Assembly: GCA_902769055.1 (NCBI GenBank)
Contig: CACXNL010000003.1
Span: 20,693-84,692, forward strand
Length of the DNA stretch: 64,000 bases
From: an uncultured Pseudomonadota bacterium
Lineage (GTDB): Bacteria; Pseudomonadota; Alphaproteobacteria; RUG11792
Direction of reading: 5' to 3'
Part shown: one piece after another, positions 45,371-54,275 of the stretch
How the letters are laid out: every line of letters begins with the position of its first letter
Numbering within the stretch: position 1 is the stretch's first letter
The notes under the pieces: generated by a model
What the model was told of the DNA's origin: nothing
Seen by the model: only the letters and a program-made list of their open reading frames with translations
Database searches by the model: none
Made by a program: the position numbers and the translations under genes

Positions 45371-45999
45371 AGAATGTTAACAATATCGAGAATCCAGTGA
45401 ATATCGATATTCAGAAGCGTGTAAAAGAGGTGCTAGGAGACGGTGATGACTTCGAAGATCCTAAGGATAGCAAAGAGCGAGTGGTATTTAATCCATGCGA
45501 TACGGATGAGAAAAAGCAAGAGGGGATACTGCTGAACATAGAATATGTAGAACGAGGTGTCCAGAATGTAAAAACTGCAAACCACGCTATAACTGATGTA
45601 CTGGAGGGGCAAACGGTCGAAAAGGAGTATATAGATCCAGGCATGGAACCGTATTGCAAACCGTATACACCGAATAAAAACGAGAGCAATGAAGAAGATA
45701 AGAAGGAAAATGACAATAACATAATAACAAAAACGACAAATGAAATTGAGTTCACCAAAATGTATGAACAGGAAACAGGTCAAAAAGTTACTGACAGCGT
45801 CAAGCAAATGCAGAACGAGATACTAAGCAAGTACACCGTTGAGACTAAGAAACCTATGGATGCGAACGATGTAGAGCAAGCGAAGTCGGTGACTTGGTAT
45901 GGCAAAGTCTTCAATAAGGTCAAGCATGGACTCAATTATGTTTGGACTAGTATAAAGACTGGATGGAGCAAAGTAAAGTCTATTTTTAAGTGGAAGTAA
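45196..45999 (+). CDS. Family member C: secreted acidic protein with the conserved Trp/Lys tail
   Basis: 267 aa. MQMKKNKVLLLGGTVLFSVMGGIEKANS signal peptide. Tail VTWYGKVFNKVKHGLNYVWTSIKTGWSKVKSIFKWK. Confidence 0.8.
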   Translation: MQMKKNKVLLLGGTVLFSVMGGIEKANSAEIQNEINIINKEKPIVINNTEENKAPRMDENVNNIENPVNIDIQKRVKEVLGDGDDFEDPKDSKERVVFNPCDTDEKKQEGILLNIEYVERGVQNVKTANHAITDVLEGQTVEKEYIDPGMEPYCKPYTPNKNESNEEDKKENDNNIITKTTNEIEFTKMYEQETGQKVTDSVKQMQNEILSKYTVETKKPMDANDVEQAKSVTWYGKVFNKVKHGLNYVWTSIKTGWSKVKSIFKWK

Positions 46000-46027
46000 A
46001 CCGATACTCGGGAGCACCATATAAGGG

Positions 46028-46060
46028 GCACTATCTGAATGGATAGTGCTTTTCTTTTTT
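46028..46060 (+). terminator. Rho-independent terminator of gene C
   Basis: GCACTATC-tgaatg-GATAGTGC followed by TTTTCTTTTTT. Confidence 0.7.
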
Positions 46061-46161
46061 GCAATGAGTGGGAAAGGGCGTTTTAAGTACAAATTGTACA
46101 TTACCCCAGCACAGATGTTGACGGCTAATGTCGCTAATGCTACAATGGGAGCATCGTTCGA

Positions 46162-46238
<77 letters not shown>

Positions 46239-46254
46239 AATTTAATCGAGAGCG

Positions 46255-47349
46255 TTGGTGTTTGGTTCTTTAAAACGGGTATCACACAAAACTCCAGAGA
46301 AGCAGGTGGGCGCGTATCCGGGGCGTCTTATAGGGAAGTTGATATACGCTCCTGGGAAGTTTTCTTTCGTTAAAGCGGTGGATGTTGCGATCAAATCGTG
46401 CGATGTGGATTTCGTAAGCATTAAGTCGAACATCAATTATTCTTCCAAATATACCGACGTTTCGGTGATTGAGGGATTGAAGGATGGTATTGCCGAGATA
46501 TATGTGAATACGTCGGGAATATCTGGAATAGATGGTATATTGCCGGATTGCTATACCGAGGAGTATATAACGCATAATAGCGAGCATAAAAAGGCGGTTG
46601 TCGATTTTTTGGATATATTTAACGAACGCATATTGATGCTACGATACAGGTATTTAAAAAGACAAAACGTCGAGACACTCTCTGTACCGATCGAAAAATC
46701 GCTTATTGGAAAAATAATTTATAGCCTTTCAGGATTTGGCTTTGATGAAGATCATGAACGGGTAGTTCCGAATATTATTCCAGAGCAGTTTAAGATTTCC
46801 GTACAAAATTTGCTGTGGAGGTATACACGTTCCGCTTCGGGATTAAAAGCCATTCTTGAGAGCTTCTTTAAAATACCTGTAGAAATACGTCAGTTTGAAG
46901 GAGGATTTGTTCGGGTAAGTCCCGGAGAACAAACATCAATTGGAAAGAGGGGAAATTATAATAAATTGGGGCAGAACAGTTTCTTAGGGGATAAAGTTTG
47001 GGATGCGACGCAAGGTATTACAATTTTGATTGGCGCTTTAGATTTCAAGCAGTATGCTAAATTTTTGCCGAAACAATCTCATTTGGATCAAAAATTCTCG
47101 CCGCTTCAAAAGATGAAAGAGATAATAAGGCTATACGTCCCACATGGAATTAAGGTCAATTTACGTTTCTTTTTGGATAAATGTGCGGTAAAAGGTACTG
47201 TTTTAAACGGGACAGAGCGATTGAATAAAGATTCTTTTATATTTGGAGTGCATGGTTCTAAAAGTGCTTTTTTTGAGGAGATACGAAACCTGAAAAAGAA
47301 AAGAAGCCTTCGATGGCTAATCCAAAAAGTTTCCCTAGTATTACTTTGA
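46255..47349 (+). CDS. tssG: Type VI secretion baseplate subunit TssG (ImpH family)
   Basis: 364 aa. Matches TssG landmarks by eye: FSFVKAVD, GIDGILPDCYTEEYI, VVDFLDIFNERILMLRYRYLKR, FFKIPVEIRQFEGGFV, LGQNSFLGDKVWDATQGITILIGALDFKQYAKFLP, LRFFLDK. TTG start 17 nt after the tRNA. Confidence 0.85.
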   Translation: MVFGSLKRVSHKTPEKQVGAYPGRLIGKLIYAPGKFSFVKAVDVAIKSCDVDFVSIKSNINYSSKYTDVSVIEGLKDGIAEIYVNTSGISGIDGILPDCYTEEYITHNSEHKKAVVDFLDIFNERILMLRYRYLKRQNVETLSVPIEKSLIGKIIYSLSGFGFDEDHERVVPNIIPEQFKISVQNLLWRYTRSASGLKAILESFFKIPVEIRQFEGGFVRVSPGEQTSIGKRGNYNKLGQNSFLGDKVWDATQGITILIGALDFKQYAKFLPKQSHLDQKFSPLQKMKEIIRLYVPHGIKVNLRFFLDKCAVKGTVLNGTERLNKDSFIFGVHGSKSAFFEEIRNLKKKRSLRWLIQKVSLVLL

Positions 47350-47576
47350 ATGATGGATTAAACGAGGCTGAAACATCGGCAAATGCTATGTTGATACATA
47401 AAATTTTGCAAAAAAGATTGCTTAATGGTGGGTTGAATACGCAACGTCAGCAAGCCATTTTTATGCGGATATTGGATAATGAACTGGCAATTAAATCAGG
47501 ACAACTCGACCCGGCAACTGCCACTAGAGATTCGCTTATTTCATTTTATGTTATGGGAAAGATATTGGCACACTAG
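47313..47576 (+). CDS. Hypothetical 87-aa protein overlapping the tssG 3' end
   Basis: ORF only (MANPKSFPSITLNDG...). Overlaps tssG by 37 nt in another frame. No recognisable domain. Confidence 0.3.
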   Translation: MANPKSFPSITLNDGLNEAETSANAMLIHKILQKRLLNGGLNTQRQQAIFMRILDNELAIKSGQLDPATATRDSLISFYVMGKILAH

Positions 47577-47741
47577 TAGGATTTGCGATTAGCTGTTGCC
47601 TTTTTCTTAAATGAGTTTGTTGCTGTGTTGGGGAGATTTCGCGCGTCAAGCCTTTTTGTGATTTTTTCAGAAAAATTTTGTCGGATGAAAATTTTATGCG
47701 AAAAATGGGAAATTTTAGTTCAAATTTGGTTCCAGACCGTG

Positions 47742-47771
47742 TGAACCTGAAGGTAGGTTCAACCTTTTTTT
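47742..47771 (+). terminator. Terminator-like hairpin plus T7, 10 nt upstream of the 47781 start codon (terminator of the tssG unit or a leader attenuator)
   Basis: TGAACCT-gaaggt-AGGTTCA-acc-TTTTTTT. A possible promoter TTGTCG-17-AAAAAT lies at 47678-47706, upstream of the hairpin. Confidence 0.55.
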
Positions 47772-47780
47772 GGATATCTT

Positions 47781-48812
47781 ATGAACAGAAAGTTAGCAGT
47801 AGCAGCAGCTATGACCGCGATTGTCGCATCAACACCTCAAGCAATGGAAGCAAGTCCAAAGGCACAAGCAGAAGACACATTAACAACTCGCAGACAATTT
47901 GATGTATTGTGCGCAACGACAAATGCCTTTAATCCAGCATCGATAGGTTTAATGCAACAGCAATTTGACCTGATACAGCGGAAGTCTAGAGTTTCGATCG
48001 GCTTAGAGCAAACTGAGATGAGCAACTCACAAAATGGAATCGCGATATTGTTGAATGGATATGCACATAACCTAACTCATTCTATGAATTTTATGGATGA
48101 TAGAACATCAAAAAGTTTACTAGTGGCATTACTCGAGCAAGAAGGAAAGAAAGATTTACTAAAAAATTTGAAGATACCAGCTTTACATTTCGAAAATGGC
48201 GAAAAAGAGGGCTTCGATCCTGAAAAATATATCATTTTCGTGAATTACAACAAGTATAAAGCGGATGGCACGATGAAAGAGCCGGTTTGCGGGTATGACC
48301 AAGAGACTGGGCAAATCGTACCCAAAAATATTACGGTGCAACATGCTGTGTATCGTGGATTTATGACTGCTAGTGATTACTTGACGCATCATTTATTCCC
48401 AAAACACTGGGATGTTGCAAAACCACTTGATATCATTTATGGCAAATCGGATATTCATAAATCGCTTTGGAAAACAGACGATTCTTTTGCTACTCCGGGA
48501 GATAACCTGTTAGCAATTTCTGGCGCAGTGGCATCGAAAGATGAGGTAGAACATCTCCCATTCAGTGAGCAACTGTTTGATTATTTCGAACATCGTCGCA
48601 AATCGCCTGGACAAAAGTTTATCCCTCGTGTGTTTTCAGTAACGTATAGAGAATATCAACAAATTGCTAAAGCAAATCCAAAAGCAGATCTTTTGCTGAA
48701 TATCACAAAAACGATATGCCCTGCTGTGAAAGATGAAGAAGCTCAAAAGAAAGAAAACCTCGAAGCATTGAAGTTTTTGAAAAGTTTGTTTCTAATTAAC
48801 AACAAAGCATAA
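47781..48812 (+). CDS. Secreted protein of unknown function
   Basis: 343 aa. Signal peptide MNRKLAVAAAMTAIVASTPQAMEA. Globular, non-repetitive, no motif recognised. Confidence 0.65.
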   Translation: MNRKLAVAAAMTAIVASTPQAMEASPKAQAEDTLTTRRQFDVLCATTNAFNPASIGLMQQQFDLIQRKSRVSIGLEQTEMSNSQNGIAILLNGYAHNLTHSMNFMDDRTSKSLLVALLEQEGKKDLLKNLKIPALHFENGEKEGFDPEKYIIFVNYNKYKADGTMKEPVCGYDQETGQIVPKNITVQHAVYRGFMTASDYLTHHLFPKHWDVAKPLDIIYGKSDIHKSLWKTDDSFATPGDNLLAISGAVASKDEVEHLPFSEQLFDYFEHRRKSPGQKFIPRVFSVTYREYQQIAKANPKADLLLNITKTICPAVKDEEAQKKENLEALKFLKSLFLINNKA

Positions 48813-48823
48813 TTTTGCAAATT

Positions 48824-48846
48824 GGCGCGCTTTTCTTATGCGCGCC
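48824..48846. terminator. GC-rich hairpin between convergent genes 47781-48812 and pnp
   Basis: GGCGCGC-ttttcttat-GCGCGCC followed by TTT on the plus strand. Lies 7 nt from the pnp stop on the other strand. Confidence 0.6.
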
Positions 48847-48852
48847 TTTCCG

Positions 48853-50919
48853 TTACTGCTCAACACCTTTCATCGACAGTTTTATGCGGTCCTTTTCGTC
48901 TATCCCGAGTACTTTCACTTTTACCTCCTGACCGACTTTAAGAACGGTATCAACTGATTTAACTTTCTTCTCAGATATCTGACTTATATGCACAAGTCCC
49001 TCGCGATTGCCGATTGACACAAACGCCCCGAAATCCATGATCTTCGTTACCACACCGTCGTATATCGCACCAACATCAGGGGGGCAACATATCGCTTTTA
49101 CTTCATTTCTGGCTGCTTCCATGCCTTTCCTGTCAGCCGCATAGATATTTACCACCCCAGCGTCGTCAATCTCGATCTTTGTATTAGTTTTTTCGCATAT
49201 TCCTTGTATGATCTTTCCTCCAGGACCTATCAAATCACGTATCTTTTCTTTATCTATCGGTATTTGCTCGACACGAGGGGCATCGGCATTCAAATCCGCC
49301 TTAGCCTTCGAAATCGCACCATTCATCAAATTCAATATGTGCAATCTGCCTTGCTTTGCTTGCGCTAACGCCGTTTGTATTATCTCGCGATTTATGCTAG
49401 TGATTTTTATATCCATTTGCAGCGCGGTGATGCCATCCTTAGTCCCAGCGACCTTGAAATCCATATCGCCCAGATGGTCTTCATCGCCCATTATGTCGGA
49501 TAAAATCACATATTCGTCGCCTTCCTTGACCAATCCCATTGCGATACCAGCTATATGTTCGCGCATAGGAACCCCAGCCGACATCAGGGATAGTGACGAG
49601 CCACAGACGGTCGCCATCGAAGAGGAACCGTTGGACTCAGTAATATCCGACACGACCCGTATGGTATATGGGAAATCGTTTTTGGACGGTATCAACGCAC
49701 TCAGAGCACGCCATGCCAACTTGCCGTGCCCAATCTCTCGACGCCCTGGTGCACCCAATCTGCTGATTTCTCCAACAGAGAACGGAGGGAAATTGTAATG
49801 CAGCATAAACCGCTCTTTTGTTTCCCCGGTTATATTGTCCAGAACCTGTTCATCGAATGATGCTCCTAAAGTCGTTACAACAAGCGCCTGCGTCTCCCCA
49901 CGCGTAAATAGCGCACTCCCATGCACCTTCGGCAAAACATCTATCTCGCAGGTAATCGGGCGAATTTGATCTGTTTTGCGCCCATCTATCCTAGTTTTCG
50001 TCGACAGCAGTGTGCTACGCATTGTCCTCGCCAAAATCGACTCAAACAAGGCATCCAAAATCACCTTTTCTTGCTCTTCTGCCAGTTCCGTGAATACCTC
50101 CTCTTTCGCCTGCTCAAGTAAATCGCGACGCTCCAATTTTGCCTTGACTTTCAGCGCTTTTTTTATCTTTTTTAGCGATAATTTTTCGATTTTTTTCAAA
50201 GTTTCAGAATACCATTTTTCAAATGGTGTTACCTCCATCACTGGCTTCCCGACCTTCTTTTTCAGGCTTTCTATCATTTCTAAGACCGGCTGAAACGAAT
50301 CAAAACCAAACATAACGGCATCCAGCATCGTCTCTTCCGAAAGCTCCTTTACCTCGGATTCGACCATCAGTATACCTTCGCTAGTCCCGGCTACTACCAA
50401 ATCGAGCTCGCTTTCCTTCGTTGGATTTAGAATAAAACCTTTCTCCTTGTCGTACCCCACTCGGCATCCTGCAACAGGGGCAACAAACGGTACACCTGAA
50501 ATCGACAAAGCTGCCGAAGCACCGATGAGCGCTGCCAGGTCAGGGGAACATTCGGCGTCGTAACTCACTACCGTGCAAATAACCTGTACCTCATTCAAAA
50601 AACCATCCGGGAAAAGCGGACGTATCGGGCGGTCTATCAGCCTCGAAATAAGCACCTCGCGGTCTGACGGCTTTCCCTCCCGCTTCACAAACCCGCCGGG
50701 AATTCTGCCGGCTGCGTAAAACTTTTCCTGATAATTCACTGTTAATGGGAAGAAGCTGGCGTCATCTGCGGCTTTCTTTGCGTATACGCATGTGCACAAA
50801 ACAGTCGTATCGCCATACTTCACGACCACCGCACCATCGGTTTGCCGCGCTATTTTGCCAGTCTCGATTGTTAAATTTTTTCCTCCCCAGTTTATTGTCT
50901 CACTTGTTACTGAAAACAT
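48853..50919 (-). CDS. pnp: Polyribonucleotide nucleotidyltransferase (PNPase)
   Basis: 688 aa. Two RNase PH domains (GRIPGGFVKREGKPS, GSSSMATVCG), a KH domain (IGPGGKIIQGI) and an S1 domain (GAFVSIGNREGLVHISQIS). Confidence 0.95.
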   Translation of the reverse strand: MFSVTSETINWGGKNLTIETGKIARQTDGAVVVKYGDTTVLCTCVYAKKAADDASFFPLTVNYQEKFYAAGRIPGGFVKREGKPSDREVLISRLIDRPIRPLFPDGFLNEVQVICTVVSYDAECSPDLAALIGASAALSISGVPFVAPVAGCRVGYDKEKGFILNPTKESELDLVVAGTSEGILMVESEVKELSEETMLDAVMFGFDSFQPVLEMIESLKKKVGKPVMEVTPFEKWYSETLKKIEKLSLKKIKKALKVKAKLERRDLLEQAKEEVFTELAEEQEKVILDALFESILARTMRSTLLSTKTRIDGRKTDQIRPITCEIDVLPKVHGSALFTRGETQALVVTTLGASFDEQVLDNITGETKERFMLHYNFPPFSVGEISRLGAPGRREIGHGKLAWRALSALIPSKNDFPYTIRVVSDITESNGSSSMATVCGSSLSLMSAGVPMREHIAGIAMGLVKEGDEYVILSDIMGDEDHLGDMDFKVAGTKDGITALQMDIKITSINREIIQTALAQAKQGRLHILNLMNGAISKAKADLNADAPRVEQIPIDKEKIRDLIGPGGKIIQGICEKTNTKIEIDDAGVVNIYAADRKGMEAARNEVKAICCPPDVGAIYDGVVTKIMDFGAFVSIGNREGLVHISQISEKKVKSVDTVLKVGQEVKVKVLGIDEKDRIKLSMKGVEQ

Positions 50920-50932
50920 TTATTACCTTTCC

Positions 50933-50957
50933 AAAAATCTCAGCACCATTGCTGAGA
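50933..50957 (-). terminator. Hairpin plus T5 in the pnp leader (terminator of the upstream gene or a pnp regulatory hairpin)
   Basis: Minus strand reads TCTCAGC-aatggt-GCTGAGA-TTTTT, then GGAAAGG and ATG of pnp. A second hairpin TTATCCT..AGGATAA lies at 50974-50994. Confidence 0.45.
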
Positions 50958-51200
50958 ACAAATTATTTTTAACTTATCCTCCAGAGAAGGATAACACGAA
51001 CTCTGCAAATCCGTATTAACAACATGATTGGTTGAAATCAGGATTTTACCTCCCAGTTTTGCATCGTCCAGGACATTCGTTCTAATATTATCACCAATCA
51101 ACAACAGGAATACATAATCATATTCGGTTTTTGATATATCTTTGTATTAAAATGTATCGTACTTTATCCAATATATACAGCATGCATCACAGTACAAACG

Positions 51201-51863
51201 TTATAACTTTTTCCCGAGAGCTGAATTGTAATCGAATTCATAAACATACTGTCCGCCTACTTTGTTTTCACCTTTTTCACTTAGTTGCTTATAGTCATGT
51301 TGCGTAATTTTTAATTTTACAAAAGAGAATGCAAAAACAGCCAGAGCTCCATAACTCAGCGAATCAACGAACTTTATAAAGCAACTCGTGTAATCATGAA
51401 CTTGCACAATTTTCGGCTTATCTTCATCTCCAGCGTTTAAAAACGATAAAGAGGCGATATATATTCCATCAATTGCTCCCTGATGCAATTTTTTTACCAG
51501 TTTGGGAACAATGATATTTTGCGGGATAACGACCCAAACGTCAGATGCTCGAGCTGCTCCCGGTTTATGTAGGTTAGGTACCCTAAAATTTAAAGTAGAT
51601 GTTTCATAAAAACCGGAACAAGCGATAACATCCAAGATATCATCATCTTTCTTGCCATAATCTCCCAATGGGTCAAGTTGCATCGTAACGTCCGTTTTCA
51701 ATTCATCCCCGTTAAAGTGAATTATCCTAGTCGGAGTTATTGCTCCATCAATATAATCGCGTTGCAATCTATCCATATCAAATGGACATCCGCCAATGCC
51801 AGGAATTGTTCCATCAGTGCCCGAAATGTAATGTCTTAAATTTGTCGTACCCAAATTTGCCAT
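51201..51863 (-). CDS. Hypothetical protein; weak, unverified resemblance of the C-terminal half to Hcp/TssD tube proteins
   Basis: 220 aa, no signal peptide. The C-terminal pattern (IYIASLSFLN.GDE....VQVHDYTSCFIKFV......AVFAFSFVKLKITQHDYKQLSEKGENKVGGQYVYEFDY) recalls the last strands of Hcp by eye only. Confidence 0.55.
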   Translation of the reverse strand: MANLGTTNLRHYISGTDGTIPGIGGCPFDMDRLQRDYIDGAITPTRIIHFNGDELKTDVTMQLDPLGDYGKKDDDILDVIACSGFYETSTLNFRVPNLHKPGAARASDVWVVIPQNIIVPKLVKKLHQGAIDGIYIASLSFLNAGDEDKPKIVQVHDYTSCFIKFVDSLSYGALAVFAFSFVKLKITQHDYKQLSEKGENKVGGQYVYEFDYNSALGKKL

Positions 51864-52032
51864 AGTTCAAACGAACGTAATAAGTTTCACGTAAAAAGTC
51901 TATCCGACAAACGTTAATTTTTTGTTAACTCCTAGAAAAAACTTAGCTGTGCGTTTCACCAAAGTGAAAGACACGTCGAATCATACGCTTAAACATGAAA
52001 TTGCTACTTTCACGTAGCCTAAAAAACAGGGG

Positions 52033-53142
52033 CTAAAAACTCGTAGGGGTAGTCGCCCTACGCCCTTGGGAGATCGCCACGGCTTGATTTGTAATAACGC
52101 CGTTGCAGATATTTAATCCATTTCTGAGATTGGCATCTGTTTCAAGTGCTTTTTGACAACCTAAATTAGCTAACTTTTCGATAAATGGATACGTTGCGTT
52201 ATTTAAAGAAATCGTAGCAGTTTTTGAATATGCTCCTGGCATATTTGGCACACAATAATGAATAACGCCGGAAATCTCGTAGTATGGCAATTCGTGCGTA
52301 GTCGGGTGACTGGTTTCAAAACAACCTCCTTGATCTATCGCAACATCAACTACCACACTACCCGGTTTCATGCTTTTTATCATGTCTCGAGAAACAAGCC
52401 TTGGAGTGGAAGCGCCAACAACCAATGCGGAGCCTATGATTATGTCTGCGTCGCTTATGTGCTTTTCGATGTTTTCTTTTGTTGAGTAAGCTGTCTTGAT
52501 TTGTCCCTTAAACATTTCTGATACGGAGTTTAAAACCGCGGGAGAGTTATCAAAAACAGTTACATCTGCACCTATCCCATGAGCGATAAATAAGGCATTT
52601 CTTCCGACCGTGCCCGCTCCTAAAATCAAAACTTTAGCCGGGGGAACACCAGGAACTCCGCATGGTAAAATGCCTGATCCACCAAACTTTTTTTGAAGCA
52701 AGTTTGTTGCAACGAAAACGGACATACGTCCAGCGATCGCACTCATTGGAGCAAGAAGTGGCAACCTGCCGTGAGAGTCGGTAACCGTTTCATACGCTAT
52801 GCAAATTGCACGACTTTTTACGAGAGCGTCTGTTAATTCAACATTTGGCGCAAGATGCAAATACGTAAATAAAATCTGTCCAGGACGGATATATGAGTAC
52901 TCCGATTGCAAAGGTTCTTTAACTTTGACTATAAGTTCAGCATTTCCCCAAATTTCCCCGGTATCACGAATGATTTTCGCCCCAGCGTGCACGTAATTAT
53001 CATTACTAAAACTTGAACCAATACCGGCATTTTCTTCAACCAACACGTCATGCCCTTGCCGTACCAGGCTAGATACAAACGTTGGAATTAGCCCGACCCT
53101 ATGTTCACCAACTTTGAGCTCTCTTGGCACACCAATCTTCAT
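52033..53142 (-). CDS. ald: Alanine dehydrogenase
   Basis: 369 aa. MKIGVPRELKVGEHRVGL N-terminus and Rossmann motif VLILGAGTVG. AlaDH/PNT family length and layout. Confidence 0.92.
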   Translation of the reverse strand: MKIGVPRELKVGEHRVGLIPTFVSSLVRQGHDVLVEENAGIGSSFSNDNYVHAGAKIIRDTGEIWGNAELIVKVKEPLQSEYSYIRPGQILFTYLHLAPNVELTDALVKSRAICIAYETVTDSHGRLPLLAPMSAIAGRMSVFVATNLLQKKFGGSGILPCGVPGVPPAKVLILGAGTVGRNALFIAHGIGADVTVFDNSPAVLNSVSEMFKGQIKTAYSTKENIEKHISDADIIIGSALVVGASTPRLVSRDMIKSMKPGSVVVDVAIDQGGCFETSHPTTHELPYYEISGVIHYCVPNMPGAYSKTATISLNNATYPFIEKLANLGCQKALETDANLRNGLNICNGVITNQAVAISQGRRATTPTSF

Positions 53143-53375
53143 TGCTCATTCTCTCTTGTACTCACCTCTCCCTACCTCTAGCATACACGACAACGTTGTC
53201 ACATTACAAGAAAAATATTCAATAAGTGAAATTGCAAAATTTTAAATAACGATTTCATAAATTAACGTTATCGTTAAAAATCTTACATGCTCAGTTAAAT
53301 TTGTTTTTGATGGAAGAGGGGAGGGCTGTATCATTTTTATACAGAACATCTAGCTCATACTTTTAGGGGGAGCTG

Positions 53376-53404
53376 TTGCTCATACCGGCAAGAACAGTTA
53401 CAAT
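53376..53404 (+). promoter_or_regulatory. Predicted sigma70-type promoter of kdsA
   Basis: TTGCTC - 17 nt - TACAAT, 38 nt upstream of ATG 53442. The ORF-track start at 53376 coincides with the -35 box. Confidence 0.55.
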
Positions 53405-53441
53405 TCGGGCGAAATGTGTGTTTTTGAAAAAAAAAAGCAAA

Positions 53442-54275
53442 ATGAGCGTCGTAAGAATTGGTAATGTTGAAATTTCAAATAGTTCACCGATTGTGTTTAT
53501 AGGTGGACCTTGCGCAATTGAGTCGCAGGAACACTGCATTTTTGTGGCGCAAAGCGTCAAAAGTATTTGCGATAAGCTCAACATTGCTTACATTTTTAAG
53601 TCGTCATTCGATAAAGCAAACAGGAGTAGTGTTGCTGGAAAGCGCGGCGTTGGCATCGAGGAAGGTCTGGAAATCCTGGCTGAAGTGAAAAAGCAAGTCG
53701 GTGTTCCTGTTTTGACGGATGTACATCTGCCGGAGCAGTGCGACAGAGTAGCTGAGGTTGCGGATGTCCTGCAAATCCCGGCGTTTTTGTGTCGCCAAAC
53801 CGATTTGCTGGCTAGTGCTGCAAAAACCGGGCGTGCGATAAATGTCAAGAAGGGGCAGTTCGTTGCGCCGAGCGATATGCGGAATGTCGCCGCGAAGCTG
53901 GAGCATTTCGGCGCTAAAAACATAATGCTGTGCGAGCGGGGTGCGTGCTTTGGGTACAACAATTTGGTTGTCGATATGCGCGGGCTGCCGATAATGGCGA
54001 AGACTGGATATCCAGTGATATTTGATGCGACGCACTCGGTACAGCTGCCATCGGCGAATGGCGCGTGTTCCGGTGGCGAGCGTGAGTTTGCCCCGTTTTT
54101 GGCGCGCGCGGCGGTCGCGATTGGCGTTGCGGGGATTTTTATGGAGGTGCACGATAACCCTGAGGTGGCGCCGTGCGATGGCGCAAATATGGTACGCCTA
54201 TCAGATTTGGAGCAGATTTTGACGGAGCTCATCGCAATTGATAAAATCTCGAAGCAGTACGTGCGGAGAATTTGA
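53442..54275 (+). CDS. kdsA: 3-deoxy-8-phosphooctulonate synthase
   Basis: [61 protein letters not shown]. Confidence 0.93.
   Translation: MSVVRIGNVEISNSSPIVFIGGPCAIESQEHCIFVAQSVKSICDKLNIAYIFKSSFDKANRSSVAGKRGVGIEEGLEILAEVKKQVGVPVLTDVHLPEQCDRVAEVADVLQIPAFLCRQTDLLASAAKTGRAINVKKGQFVAPSDMRNVAAKLEHFGAKNIMLCERGACFGYNNLVVDMRGLPIMAKTGYPVIFDATHSVQLPSANGACSGGEREFAPFLARAAVAIGVAGIFMEVHDNPEVAPCDGANMVRLSDLEQILTELIAIDKISKQYVRRI

Noticed and set aside
53376-53441. ORF-track N-terminal extensions of kdsA (from 53376), dapD (from 24226), mnmA (to 23104), iscS (from 61593), carD (to 35945) and bioC (from 34540)
   Set aside because: The extensions overlap predicted promoters or neighbouring genes and add residues that do not match the conserved N-termini of the families. 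Internal Met starts were chosen, so start coordinates are less certain than stops.
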